DNA from: Acidobacteriota bacterium
GTDB lineage: Bacteria; Acidobacteriota; JAAYUB01
Direction of reading: 5' to 3'
DNA: 64,000 bases
NCBI GenBank assembly: GCA_040768985.1
Contig: JAXGLX010000002.1
Location: forward strand, 4,378,971 to 4,442,970
Part shown: positions 27,193 to 35,325 of the stretch, in pieces
Position numbering within the stretch: position 1 is the first letter of the stretch
How the letters are laid out: every line of letters starts with the position of its first letter
Program-made: the position numbers and the translations under genes
Notes under the pieces: generated by a model
The model's input: only the letters and a program-made list of their open reading frames with translations
Database searches by the model: none
Told to the model about the DNA's origin: nothing

Positions 27193-27585
27193 GGCTCACG
27201 AAGACGCCGGTTCAGGCTCACCAAGGCGCAAAGACGCAAAGCAGATTTATTGTTTTTGTCTTAGCCTGTTGAGTCTTGGCGTTGAAAGTGGATCCGGAAG
27301 AGCCGAACCGGGAAGTGGCTCACGAAGCCGCCAAGACGCCAAGCGGATTTTGGGTTTTTGTCTCGGGCCGTCGCGTCTCGGCGTTGAAAGTGGATCCGGA
27401 AGAGCCGAACCGGGAAGTGGCTCACGAAGCCGCCAAGACGCCAAGCGGATTTTGGGTTTTTGTCTCGGGCCGTCGCGTCTCGGCGTTGGAGAACAAACCC
27501 GGTTGATCCGGAACGTCCTCGTCCGCCCGACCCGAACGGAACTCAAAAAACAAAAAGTATTCTTTGCGTCTTGGCGTCTTGGCGA
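27193..27585 (+). repeat. About 3 tandem copies of the same 102-bp hairpin repeat, plus a tail, downstream of GxxExxY copy 2
   Basis: CACGAAGCCGCCAAGACGCCAAGCGG recurs at 27321 and 27423, giving a 102-bp period. These two units appear identical: the ORF track shows a perfect 34-aa duplication in ORF 27276..27506. Confidence 0.9.
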
Positions 27586-27765
27586 TGGATTCACACGCTC
27601 TTTAAATGAATCGGGCATGTTGTTTCGGTTTGAGGCGCAAAGACGCAACGACGGGCAGAGAATGGATCGACCGCCCGAATGTCCCGGCGCTGAAACACAA
27701 AAAATGTCTGCTTGGCGCCTTTGCGCCTTGGCGAGAAACAGAATTCTGAGTTTAGGAGATACGAT

Positions 27766-28668
27766 ATGGAAATCACTGCAGCGATGGTGAAGGAGCTTCG
27801 CGAGAAAACCGCCGCCGGCATGATGGACTGCAAGAAGGCCCTCGTGGAATGCGGCGGCGATATGGACAAGGCCGTCGACTACCTCCGCACCAAGGGCCTG
27901 GCCGCCGCGGCCAAGAAGGCCCACCGGAGCACCAACGAGGGCGTCGTCGCCGCCTGGACCGATGACGGGCAGACCCTGGGCACGCTCGTGGAGATCAACT
28001 GCGAGACCGACTTCGTCGCCCGCAACGAGAAGTTCCGCGAGCTGGCCGCCAATCTGGCCTACCACGTGGGCCAGGCCGCTCCGGCCTACGTCCGCTGCGA
28101 GGACGCCCCCGCCGGCGCCCACGACGCCACGCTCTGCCTCATGGATCAGCCCTACGTCCACGACGCCGCCCTGGCGGTGAAGGACTACGTCGCCGCCTCC
28201 ATCGCCGTGATCGGCGAGAACATCGTGGTGCGTCGCTTCGTCCGCCACCAGGCCCCGGCCGGCGGGTTCTTCGCCACCTACATCCACTCGAACCACAAGC
28301 TGGGCGTGCTGGTGGAAATCGCCGGCGCCGCCGGTGACGCCGCCCGTGAGGCCGGCCGCAACGTGGCCATGCAGGTCGCCGCGGCCAACCCGCGCTGGGT
28401 CCGCCGCGAGGACGTCCCCGCCGACGTGCTGGAGCACGAGCGGGTCATCTTCCGCGAGCAGATGAAGGAGAGCGGCAAGCCCGCCCAGGTGATCGAGAAG
28501 ATCGTCGAGGGGAAGCTGGACAAGTTCTTCAAGGAAAACTGCCTCGTGGAGCAGGTCTACATCCGCGACGACAAGCTCACGGTGAAGGCGTACCTCGAGT
28601 CGCTGGCTCCTGCCGCCGGCGCCCTCGACGTCCGCCGCTTCTCCAGACTGCAGGTTGGGGAAGAATAA
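27766..28668 (+). CDS. tsf: Translation elongation factor Ts
   Basis: MEITAAMVKELREKTAAGMMDCKKALVECGGDMDKAVDYLRTKG is the canonical EF-Ts UBA-like N-terminus. AGGAG RBS. Confidence 0.95.
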   Translation: MEITAAMVKELREKTAAGMMDCKKALVECGGDMDKAVDYLRTKGLAAAAKKAHRSTNEGVVAAWTDDGQTLGTLVEINCETDFVARNEKFRELAANLAYHVGQAAPAYVRCEDAPAGAHDATLCLMDQPYVHDAALAVKDYVAASIAVIGENIVVRRFVRHQAPAGGFFATYIHSNHKLGVLVEIAGAAGDAAREAGRNVAMQVAAANPRWVRREDVPADVLEHERVIFREQMKESGKPAQVIEKIVEGKLDKFFKENCLVEQVYIRDDKLTVKAYLESLAPAAGALDVRRFSRLQVGEE

Positions 28669-28694
28669 GCCAATAACCGGATCTCGAATCCATC

Positions 28695-28728
28695 CGCCGG
28701 TCCGTCCCCACGGGCCGGCGTTTTTTTT
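28695..28728 (+). terminator. Rho-independent terminator after tsf
   Basis: CGCCGGTCCG-TCCCCA-CGGGCCGGCG gives a 10-bp GC-rich stem with a 6-nt loop, followed by T8. Confidence 0.85.
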
Positions 28729-28911
28729 CACCACAGAGACACAGAGGACACAGAGGAATTCATCTGTCATTGGGCATCGGTCATTTTTCATTTAATGGTT
28801 TTGGGACCCGGGACCTGGACTTTGTGACCTGGATGCTGAGAGTTGGGACTTGGGGCCTGAGAGTTTGGACTCGGGAGTTGGGATCCGGATGCTGAGACTT
28901 GATGCCGAAAC

Positions 28912-29270
28912 CCCAGCACCCAGGTCCCAGGTCCCAGTTCCCAGCACCCAGGTCCCAGTCCCCAGCACCCAGTCCCCAGTCCCCAGCACCCAGTCCCCAG
29001 TCCCCAGTCCCCAGTCCCCAGCACCCAGTTCCCAGCACCCAGTCCCCAGCACCCAGTCCCCAGCACCCAGGTCCCAGCACCCAGTCCCCGGTTCCCAGTT
29101 CCCAGGTCCCAGCACCCAGGTCCCAGCACCCAGTTCCCAGGTCCCAGCACCCAGTCCCCGGTTCCCAGTTCCCAGGTCCCAGCACCCAGGTCCCAGCACC
29201 CAGGTCCCAGGTCCCAGCACCCAGGTCCCAGTTCCCAGGTCCCAGTTCCCAGGTCCCAGTTCCCACTTCC
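28912..29270. repeat. About 51 tandem heptamers CCCAGNN (minus strand NNCTGGG)
   Basis: Direct reading shows CCCAGCA/CCCAGGT/CCCAGTT/CCCAGTC units without interruption. This produces open frames on both strands. Confidence 0.95.
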
Positions 29271-29442
29271 CATCATCAAAAACAGCCTCTTCTCCAAATA
29301 GCCAATAAAATATAAGCAATCACCAATAACCAATAGTTGGAAATGCCCGATGTCAAATGCCCGATGAAAAATGTCTAATGAATTCCTCTGTGCCCTCCGT
29401 GCCCTCTGTGGTGAAATCTCCCCATCCCAACCCTCGGATTCC

Positions 29443-29470
29443 TTGACTTTCCAACGCTTTCCACTAGAAT
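29443..29470 (+). promoter_or_regulatory. Candidate sigma-70 promoter (TTGACT-16 nt-TAGAAT) upstream of the nucleotide-sugar dehydrogenase gene
   Basis: TTGACT at 29443..29448 and TAGAAT at 29465..29470. It lies about 380 nt upstream of the ATG at 29851. Confidence 0.4.
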
Positions 29471-29850
29471 GATCTGTTCGATTTGTGCCTCCGCGCGCCG
29501 CCGCCTGGAGTACAATTAGAACGACCGTGTATGCGGACGACGGCACAACCCACCAACCCCCTTTTCTTGAGCCGCCGTGCTCTTGACGGCGGAGCTGCAT
29601 CCTCACCACAAAGGCACAAAGAACACAAAGGCTGTTTATGTTCTGAACCCGAATCGTGAACCGTCTCCCCGCCCATTCACCCATTCACCAACCCCGCTAG
29701 TCCGAAATGCCCAATGAAAAATGACCAATGCCATATGAAAAATGATCAGTTAATTCCTCTGTGTCCTCTGTGCCTTTGTGGTGAATCCGCCTGCATTCTT
29801 TTCTATCAACTATCAACCATCAACCATCAACCTGCCCCCGAGGTAACTAA

Positions 29851-31674
29851 ATGCCCTCCACTTTCCAAGACCTGAAAACCAAAATTGACGCCAAGACCGC
29901 AACGGTCGGCATCATCGGCCTCGGCTACGTGGGCCTCCCCCTGGCCATGGCCTTTGTCGAGAAGGGCGTCCGGGTGATCGGCTTCGACGTCGACGCCGAC
30001 AAGCCCGCGCGCCTGGCGCGCGGCGAAAGCTACATCCGCCACCTCGGCGCCGACCGTGTCGCCGCCATGGCCCGCTCGGGGCTCTTCGCCGCCACCACCG
30101 ACTTTGCGCGTCTCGCCGAGCCCGACGCCATCCTCATCTGCGTGCCCACGCCCCTCACCCCCCAGCGCGAGCCCGACATGACCTACGTCACCGCGTCCGC
30201 CCGGCAGGTGCGCGCGTCTTTGCGTCCCGGCCAGCTCGTGGTGCTCGAGAGCACCACCTACCCCGGCACCACCGACGAGCTGGTGCGGGGGATCCTGGAC
30301 GAAGCGAACCTCGAGTGCGGGCAGGACTACTTTCTGGCCTTTTCCCCCGAGCGCGAGGACCCGGGGCGCGAGGACTACACCACCACCACCACGCCGAAAG
30401 TCGTGGGGGGCGTCGACGCGGCGTCGGGGGATCTGGCCCAGGCGCTCTACGACCTCGTGATCGCCCGCACGGTGCGCGTCTCCTCGGCGCGCGCCGCCGA
30501 GTCGGCCAAGCTCACCGAGAACATCTTCCGGGCGGTGAACATCGCCCTGGTGAACGAGCTCAAGATGGTCTACGACCGGATGGGCATCGACGTCTGGGAG
30601 GTGCTCGACGCCGCCGAGACCAAGCCGTTCGGCTTCATGCGCTTCAACCCCGGCCCCGGCTGGGGCGGCCATTGTCTGCGAGGCGGCGAATGGGTTCGAG
30701 TCCGGGGCCTGGGATTGAACGGGCCGGTGCGGTTCGAGGATCTCTTCGACGCGTTGAAGAATGATCAGCCCGTCGCCGTCACCCCCAAGGGAATGTACCT
30801 GCATCCCCGAGGACTCGAGGCCCTGGCGCTCGATCCGCGGTCCGGCGATGTCGACTACCTGCCGGTGGAGGTCCTGTACCGCGGATTTTACGAAGGATCG
30901 GGCGTCTGCCTCACCACCGACGACAACCGCCGCCTGTTCCTGACCGACGGTCACCCCATGCTGGTCAAGAATGCAGCAGGCTTTGAGATCGTCTCAGCCC
31001 GCGATCTTCAAGCCGGTCAGCAACTGCCTGTCTTGAGCGAGGATGAAAACCCAGAATTGTCCTTGGCGTCTTTGCGCGCCATAGAAACCCTCGCCATGAA
31101 CGAACCGGTCTATTCTCTGGAAGTTGAGCGGGCGCATACGTTCACTACGACGGGGGGCATTGTCGTCCACAATTGTATCCCGCTGGACCCGTTCTATCTG
31201 TCCTGGAAGGCGCGGGAGCACGGCGAGTCGCCGAAATTCATCGAGCTGGCCGGCGACGTGAACCTGCGCATGCCCCACTACGTGGTGGGCAAGCTCCAGG
31301 CGGCGCTCAACGACCGCGGCCGCGCGGTGAAGGGGAGCCGGGTGCTGGTGCTCGGCATCGCCTACAAGCGCGACATCGACGACCCGCGCGAGAGCCCCGC
31401 CTTCGAGATCATCGACCTGCTGCTGCAACTCGGCGCCCACGTCTCGTATCATGACCCCCACATCCCCGCGGCGCCGCGGATGCGCACCTGGCCGAAGCTC
31501 CCGCCCATGCAGAGCACGCCGCTGACCCCCGCGACCCTGGCCGGGTGCGACGCCGTCCTCATCGTCACCGACCACCGCAACGTGGATTACTCCCTCGTGG
31601 CCAAACACGCCCCGCTCGTCATCGACACCCGCGGCCTCTACCGGGCGCCGCTCCCCAACGTCGTCAAGGCATGA
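29851..31674 (+). CDS. Nucleotide-sugar 6-dehydrogenase (UDP-N-acetyl-D-mannosamine/glucosamine dehydrogenase family) interrupted by a mini-intein
   Basis: N-terminal TVGIIGLGYVGLPLAMAF Rossmann fold. The active-site motif GPGWGGH-C-IPLDP is split by 167 aa. The C-terminal domain (VLVLGIAYKRDIDDPRESP) is intact. Confidence 0.9.
   Translation: MPSTFQDLKTKIDAKTATVGIIGLGYVGLPLAMAFVEKGVRVIGFDVDADKPARLARGESYIRHLGADRVAAMARSGLFAATTDFARLAEPDAILICVPTPLTPQREPDMTYVTASARQVRASLRPGQLVVLESTTYPGTTDELVRGILDEANLECGQDYFLAFSPEREDPGREDYTTTTTPKVVGGVDAASGDLAQALYDLVIARTVRVSSARAAESAKLTENIFRAVNIALVNELKMVYDRMGIDVWEVLDAAETKPFGFMRFNPGPGWGGHCLRGGEWVRVRGLGLNGPVRFEDLFDALKNDQPVAVTPKGMYLHPRGLEALALDPRSGDVDYLPVEVLYRGFYEGSGVCLTTDDNRRLFLTDGHPMLVKNAAGFEIVSARDLQAGQQLPVLSEDENPELSLASLRAIETLAMNEPVYSLEVERAHTFTTTGGIVVHNCIPLDPFYLSWKAREHGESPKFIELAGDVNLRMPHYVVGKLQAALNDRGRAVKGSRVLVLGIAYKRDIDDPRESPAFEIIDLLLQLGAHVSYHDPHIPAAPRMRTWPKLPPMQSTPLTPATLAGCDAVLIVTDHRNVDYSLVAKHAPLVIDTRGLYRAPLPNVVKA
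30673..31173 (+). mobile_element. Mini-intein (167 aa, no homing-endonuclease domain)
   Basis: Starts at Cys275 (CLRGGEW). Block B is LFLTDGHPML, block F is VYSLEVERAHTF, and block G is GGIVVHN ending at Asn441, followed by the +1 Cys442 (CIPLDP). Confidence 0.9.
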
Positions 31675-32079
31675 CGCGCCGAAATGAACCACAGAGCACT
31701 TACCGTCTTGGACGGCGACTGACCACACCGAGAAGCCATCCTTATCTCATCAACCCGAAGCTATCCGCTGACCTCAGGGCATCGACTCATTCGGCGCGTC
31801 GTCATACTGACGTATGCGGGTTCCACTGCGCGATGACATAGGTCCTCATCGTGGCTTTGTCTAGCTGGAACGCGCTATTGAGCAGTAAAAGTGCTCTTTC
31901 AGGTCTCTTCCCTGTTGGATACTTTTTCTGTGCATTTCCCAGCTAGAGTCTTTAGTATGCACCCGGAAGACATTCGAGAGATGTGCAGGAAGAATACGGG
32001 AAACTGAACTTCCAATCCGAGACGCGATTGGGATCGAATCGATGATAACCGAGCGCTTAGCATGCTGTAATTCTGAGAG

Positions 32080-33279
32080 GTGGCGATGAGAATTGGAGAT
32101 TTACTGACTTCGATTGGCCCAGAGAAGTTTTTCGACCCTACAGATGAGCATCGGGCTTTGCGCAAGATGGTCCAACATCTAGCGGCATCAGAGTTGGAAC
32201 CTAATGCCGCCCGTGATGATGAATCCGAACAGTTTAACGAAAAATTGTTCCGCCGATTCGGCTCTGAGTTCAATCTGTTTGGACTGACTGTTCCCGCTGA
32301 TTTAGGAGGCGCCGGACTTGATCCCGTTGCGTCGGTACTCGTCACCGAGGAACTTTCAGTCGTCGACGCGGGTTTCGCCCTGTCATACATGGCCCACGAT
32401 GTCCTGTTTGTTCACAACTTTTTCCAGGGCGCCTCACCAGAGCAGATCAAACGGGTGTTGCCTCATGTCATCGATGGTTCCTGGATTTCCGGAATCGCCA
32501 TGACAGAGCCGGAAGCCGGAACCGATGTTCTGGGAATGCGCACGACGGCTCGACGAACTGCCAGCGGGTACATTCTAAACGGGGTGAAGCAGTTTATAAC
32601 CAATGCCGGACCGGGAGACATCTTCATCGTATATGCCAAAACCGGTTCAGATGACAAATCCATCAGCGCATTTCTTGTGGAGACAGATCGGAAAGGCGTA
32701 TCGATCGGAAAGCCGGAAAAGAAACTCGGCATGCGCACTTCGCCCACGGCGCAATTGGTATTCGATGAAGTTGTTGTTCCATCCGAGAACATAGTGGGAG
32801 CTGAAGGTCGCGGTTTAGTCCACATGATGCGCAATCTGGAAATCGAACGGGTGGTTCTGGCGGCCCAGAGCCTCGGAATCGCGCGGCGCTGCCTGGAGGT
32901 GGGCGCCACTTACGCCATTACACAGCGCAAACAGTTCGGTCAACCGCTCAGTCATTTTGGACAAATCCAGAAGATTCTTGCCGAAGGATTCGCAGACTTT
33001 CAGGCTGCGCGGGCTTTGGTTTATGCGGTGGCCCATCAGATCGATTTCAACGAGCGACGCAGCGCCGGTGCCGCTGCCGCTAAGCTGATGGCGGCGCAGA
33101 TGGCGGAGCGCGTGGGACGTGACATCATTCAGGTTCTGGGAGGATATGGCTACACACGGGAATATCCCGTGGAGCGCCTGTACCGTGACGCCATTCTCAT
33201 CAGCATCGGCGGCGGGACCAATGAAGCGATGGAGAAGAATCTGGTGAAGGATATGGCGCTCTGTTTTAAGGATCAGTGA
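32080..33279 (+). CDS. Acyl-CoA dehydrogenase (short/branched-chain type)
   Basis: GIAMTEPEAGTDV, QFITNAG and the C-terminal GGYGYTREYPVERLYRDA are typical ACAD motifs. Start is GTG 32080 or ATG 32086. Confidence 0.9.
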   Translation: MAMRIGDLLTSIGPEKFFDPTDEHRALRKMVQHLAASELEPNAARDDESEQFNEKLFRRFGSEFNLFGLTVPADLGGAGLDPVASVLVTEELSVVDAGFALSYMAHDVLFVHNFFQGASPEQIKRVLPHVIDGSWISGIAMTEPEAGTDVLGMRTTARRTASGYILNGVKQFITNAGPGDIFIVYAKTGSDDKSISAFLVETDRKGVSIGKPEKKLGMRTSPTAQLVFDEVVVPSENIVGAEGRGLVHMMRNLEIERVVLAAQSLGIARRCLEVGATYAITQRKQFGQPLSHFGQIQKILAEGFADFQAARALVYAVAHQIDFNERRSAGAAAAKLMAAQMAERVGRDIIQVLGGYGYTREYPVERLYRDAILISIGGGTNEAMEKNLVKDMALCFKDQ

Positions 33280-33309
33280 GCTTTTGATGAAGAAAATGGG
33301 GGTCCGACC

Positions 33310-34086
33310 ATGAACAATCCTAATGTCTTGATAGAAGTGAACGATCATGTGGCCGTGATGACCATCTCCCGGCCGGAGGCACTGAACGCGATAAATCAGG
33401 ATCTCTTGCTGCAAATGGAAGCAGCGATCGAGAATATCGAGGCAGACCGTCAGATTCGAGTGTTGGTGATCACCGGAGCCGGCCGGTCGTTTGTGGCGGG
33501 GGGTGATATCGCTGCGATGTCTAGAATGGATCCCTTTGAGGGACGAGCGTTCGTCCAGTTGGGACAACGGATTCTGGGCCGAATCGAAAACTCGCGGATG
33601 CCGGTTCTGGCAGCTGTGAACGGTTTTGCTCTGGGTGGCGGCTGCGAGTTGGCTCTGGCCTGCGACATCCGATATGCCTCGGACCGGGCGACGTTCGGCC
33701 AGCCCGAAGTCAACCTGGGGATCACACCAGGATTTGCCGGTTCACAACGCCTGGCCCGGATCTGCGGGCCGGGTGTGGCCAAAGATCTGGTGCTCACGGG
33801 CCGGGTTATTGACGCGCAACAGGCGCTGACAATCGGTTTGGTTGCGGCGGTATATCCGGCGGATGAATTATTGTCGAAAGTTATGGAGACAGCGGCTTTA
33901 GTTGCATCCCGATCTCCGGTGGCGGTTCAGATGGCCAAGTCGGCGATAAACAGAGGATATGATTCGACCTTTCAGACAGGAAGTCAGTACGAGGTCGAAG
34001 CATTCGCCCTCTGCATGTCGCACGCCGACTCGAAAGAGGGATTGAGCGCCTTTCTGGAGAAGCGGAAGCCGAAATGGAGTTCTTGA
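33310..34086 (+). CDS. Enoyl-CoA hydratase/isomerase (crotonase family)
   Basis: VLVITGAGRSFVAGGDI, AAVNGFALGGGCELALACD and FGQPEVNLGITPGFAGSQRL. Confidence 0.9.
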   Translation: MNNPNVLIEVNDHVAVMTISRPEALNAINQDLLLQMEAAIENIEADRQIRVLVITGAGRSFVAGGDIAAMSRMDPFEGRAFVQLGQRILGRIENSRMPVLAAVNGFALGGGCELALACDIRYASDRATFGQPEVNLGITPGFAGSQRLARICGPGVAKDLVLTGRVIDAQQALTIGLVAAVYPADELLSKVMETAALVASRSPVAVQMAKSAINRGYDSTFQTGSQYEVEAFALCMSHADSKEGLSAFLEKRKPKWSS

Positions 34087-34131
34087 ATTGCTTCCCATCG
34101 TTCAGTCTCGCACTCAAACAGGGAGGTTCCA

Positions 34132-34851
34132 ATGATCAGCTCTTATGCCGTGGTCAAAACAGACCGGGTGAGCCAGGATGCTGAAATACGTGAATTTGCC
34201 GTGATCGCTGAAGATGTGACCATCGGTCCTGGATGTATCATTCACCCGCATGTTGTAATCGAATCGGGTGTCGTGCTTGAGGAGGAGGTCGAGATTTTCT
34301 CCGGCGCCGTGATCGGTAAAGTGCCCAAGGGCGCGGGAGCGACGGCACGACAGCCTGAATTTAAACAAGGCGTTAAAATCGGCCGGTGCACTTCAATCGG
34401 ACCGCATGCGGTCATCTTTCAGGACGTCGTGATCGGTCAACACTGCCTGATCGGCGATGGCGCGTCGATTCGCGAGCAGTGCGCCATCGGCGACTATTCT
34501 CTGATCAGCCGCTATGTCACCATCAACTACAACACGACGGTCGGACATCACACCAAAATCATGGATCTGACCCACATCACCGGCAACATGAAAGTGGGGA
34601 ACAATGTGTTCGTCAGCATTCTAGTGTCGACCACCAACGACAATGCCATCGGCACCCAGGGCTACCGGGAAGAGGAGATCCGCGGCCCGTACATCCAAGA
34701 TGGTGCCATGATCGGTTGCGGGGCCAAACTGCTGCCCGGGGTGGTCGTCGGATCGGGATCCATCGTGGGTGCCGGTGCGGTCGTAACCAAAGATATCCCG
34801 AATGGAAAGCTGGCGATCGGCATGCCGGCTAGAGTGATACGTGATGTATGA
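34132..34851 (+). CDS. Left-handed beta-helix (hexapeptide repeat) acyltransferase, LpxD-like
   Basis: Repeated [LIV]-G-x4 hexapeptide pattern throughout: IGPGCIIHPHVVI, IGPHAVIFQDVVIGQHCLIGDGASI and VGSGSIVGAGAVV. Confidence 0.8.
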   Translation: MISSYAVVKTDRVSQDAEIREFAVIAEDVTIGPGCIIHPHVVIESGVVLEEEVEIFSGAVIGKVPKGAGATARQPEFKQGVKIGRCTSIGPHAVIFQDVVIGQHCLIGDGASIREQCAIGDYSLISRYVTINYNTTVGHHTKIMDLTHITGNMKVGNNVFVSILVSTTNDNAIGTQGYREEEIRGPYIQDGAMIGCGAKLLPGVVVGSGSIVGAGAVVTKDIPNGKLAIGMPARVIRDV

Positions 34852-34880
34852 GAAGATTTCACATACCGGGTGATTAAACG

Positions 34881-35318
34881 ATGTCGTTAAATTTATGCAA
34901 AATCATTGCGTTACCCAAGAACACCGATCCCCGCGGTAACCTAACCTTCATTGAAGGCGGGGTTCATGTGCCATTTCTTATTCAGCGGGTTTACTATTTG
35001 TACGATGTGCCTGGAGGAGCAGAGCGGGGGGGGCATGCCCACAAAGAACTCCACCAGTTAATAATCGCAATGTCCGGCAGTTTTGATGTGGTTCTGGACG
35101 ATGGATCGGAGAAGAAACGTTTCCACCTCAATCGTTCATATTTCGGTCTCTATGTTTGTCCGATGATATGGCGTGAGTTGGATAACTTTTCTTCTGGATC
35201 GGTATGCATGGTGCTGGCCTCGAATCGTTATAATGAAAACGATTATTACCGCGAATACGCAAATTTTCTAAATGTCATCCACGACAGGAGCAATTCAAGT
35301 AGCTGTCATGGATCATAG
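34881..35318 (+). CDS. Sugar 3,4-ketoisomerase (FdtA/WxcM-like cupin)
   Basis: [42 protein letters not shown] is the FdtA/QdtA signature. Confidence 0.85.
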   Translation: MSLNLCKIIALPKNTDPRGNLTFIEGGVHVPFLIQRVYYLYDVPGGAERGGHAHKELHQLIIAMSGSFDVVLDDGSEKKRFHLNRSYFGLYVCPMIWRELDNFSSGSVCMVLASNRYNENDYYREYANFLNVIHDRSNSSSCHGS

Positions 35319-35325
35319 GCAAGTT

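Noticed and set aside
28781-29684. ORFs through the CCCAGNN array: the Pro/Ser/Gln-rich + strand ORFs, and the [13 protein letters not shown] minus-strand ORFs of up to 298 aa.
   Set aside because: A 7-nt repeat lacking stop-forming triplets is open in all frames on both strands. There is no RBS and no non-repeat domain, and the 21-nt periodic peptide is a direct consequence of the DNA repeat.
30693-30703. A GGTTCGAGTCC T-arm-like motif that suggested a tRNA.
   Set aside because: It lies inside the intein coding sequence (..GGEWVRVRG..). It has no acceptor or anticodon stems around it. I found no tRNA-like cloverleaf anywhere in the window.
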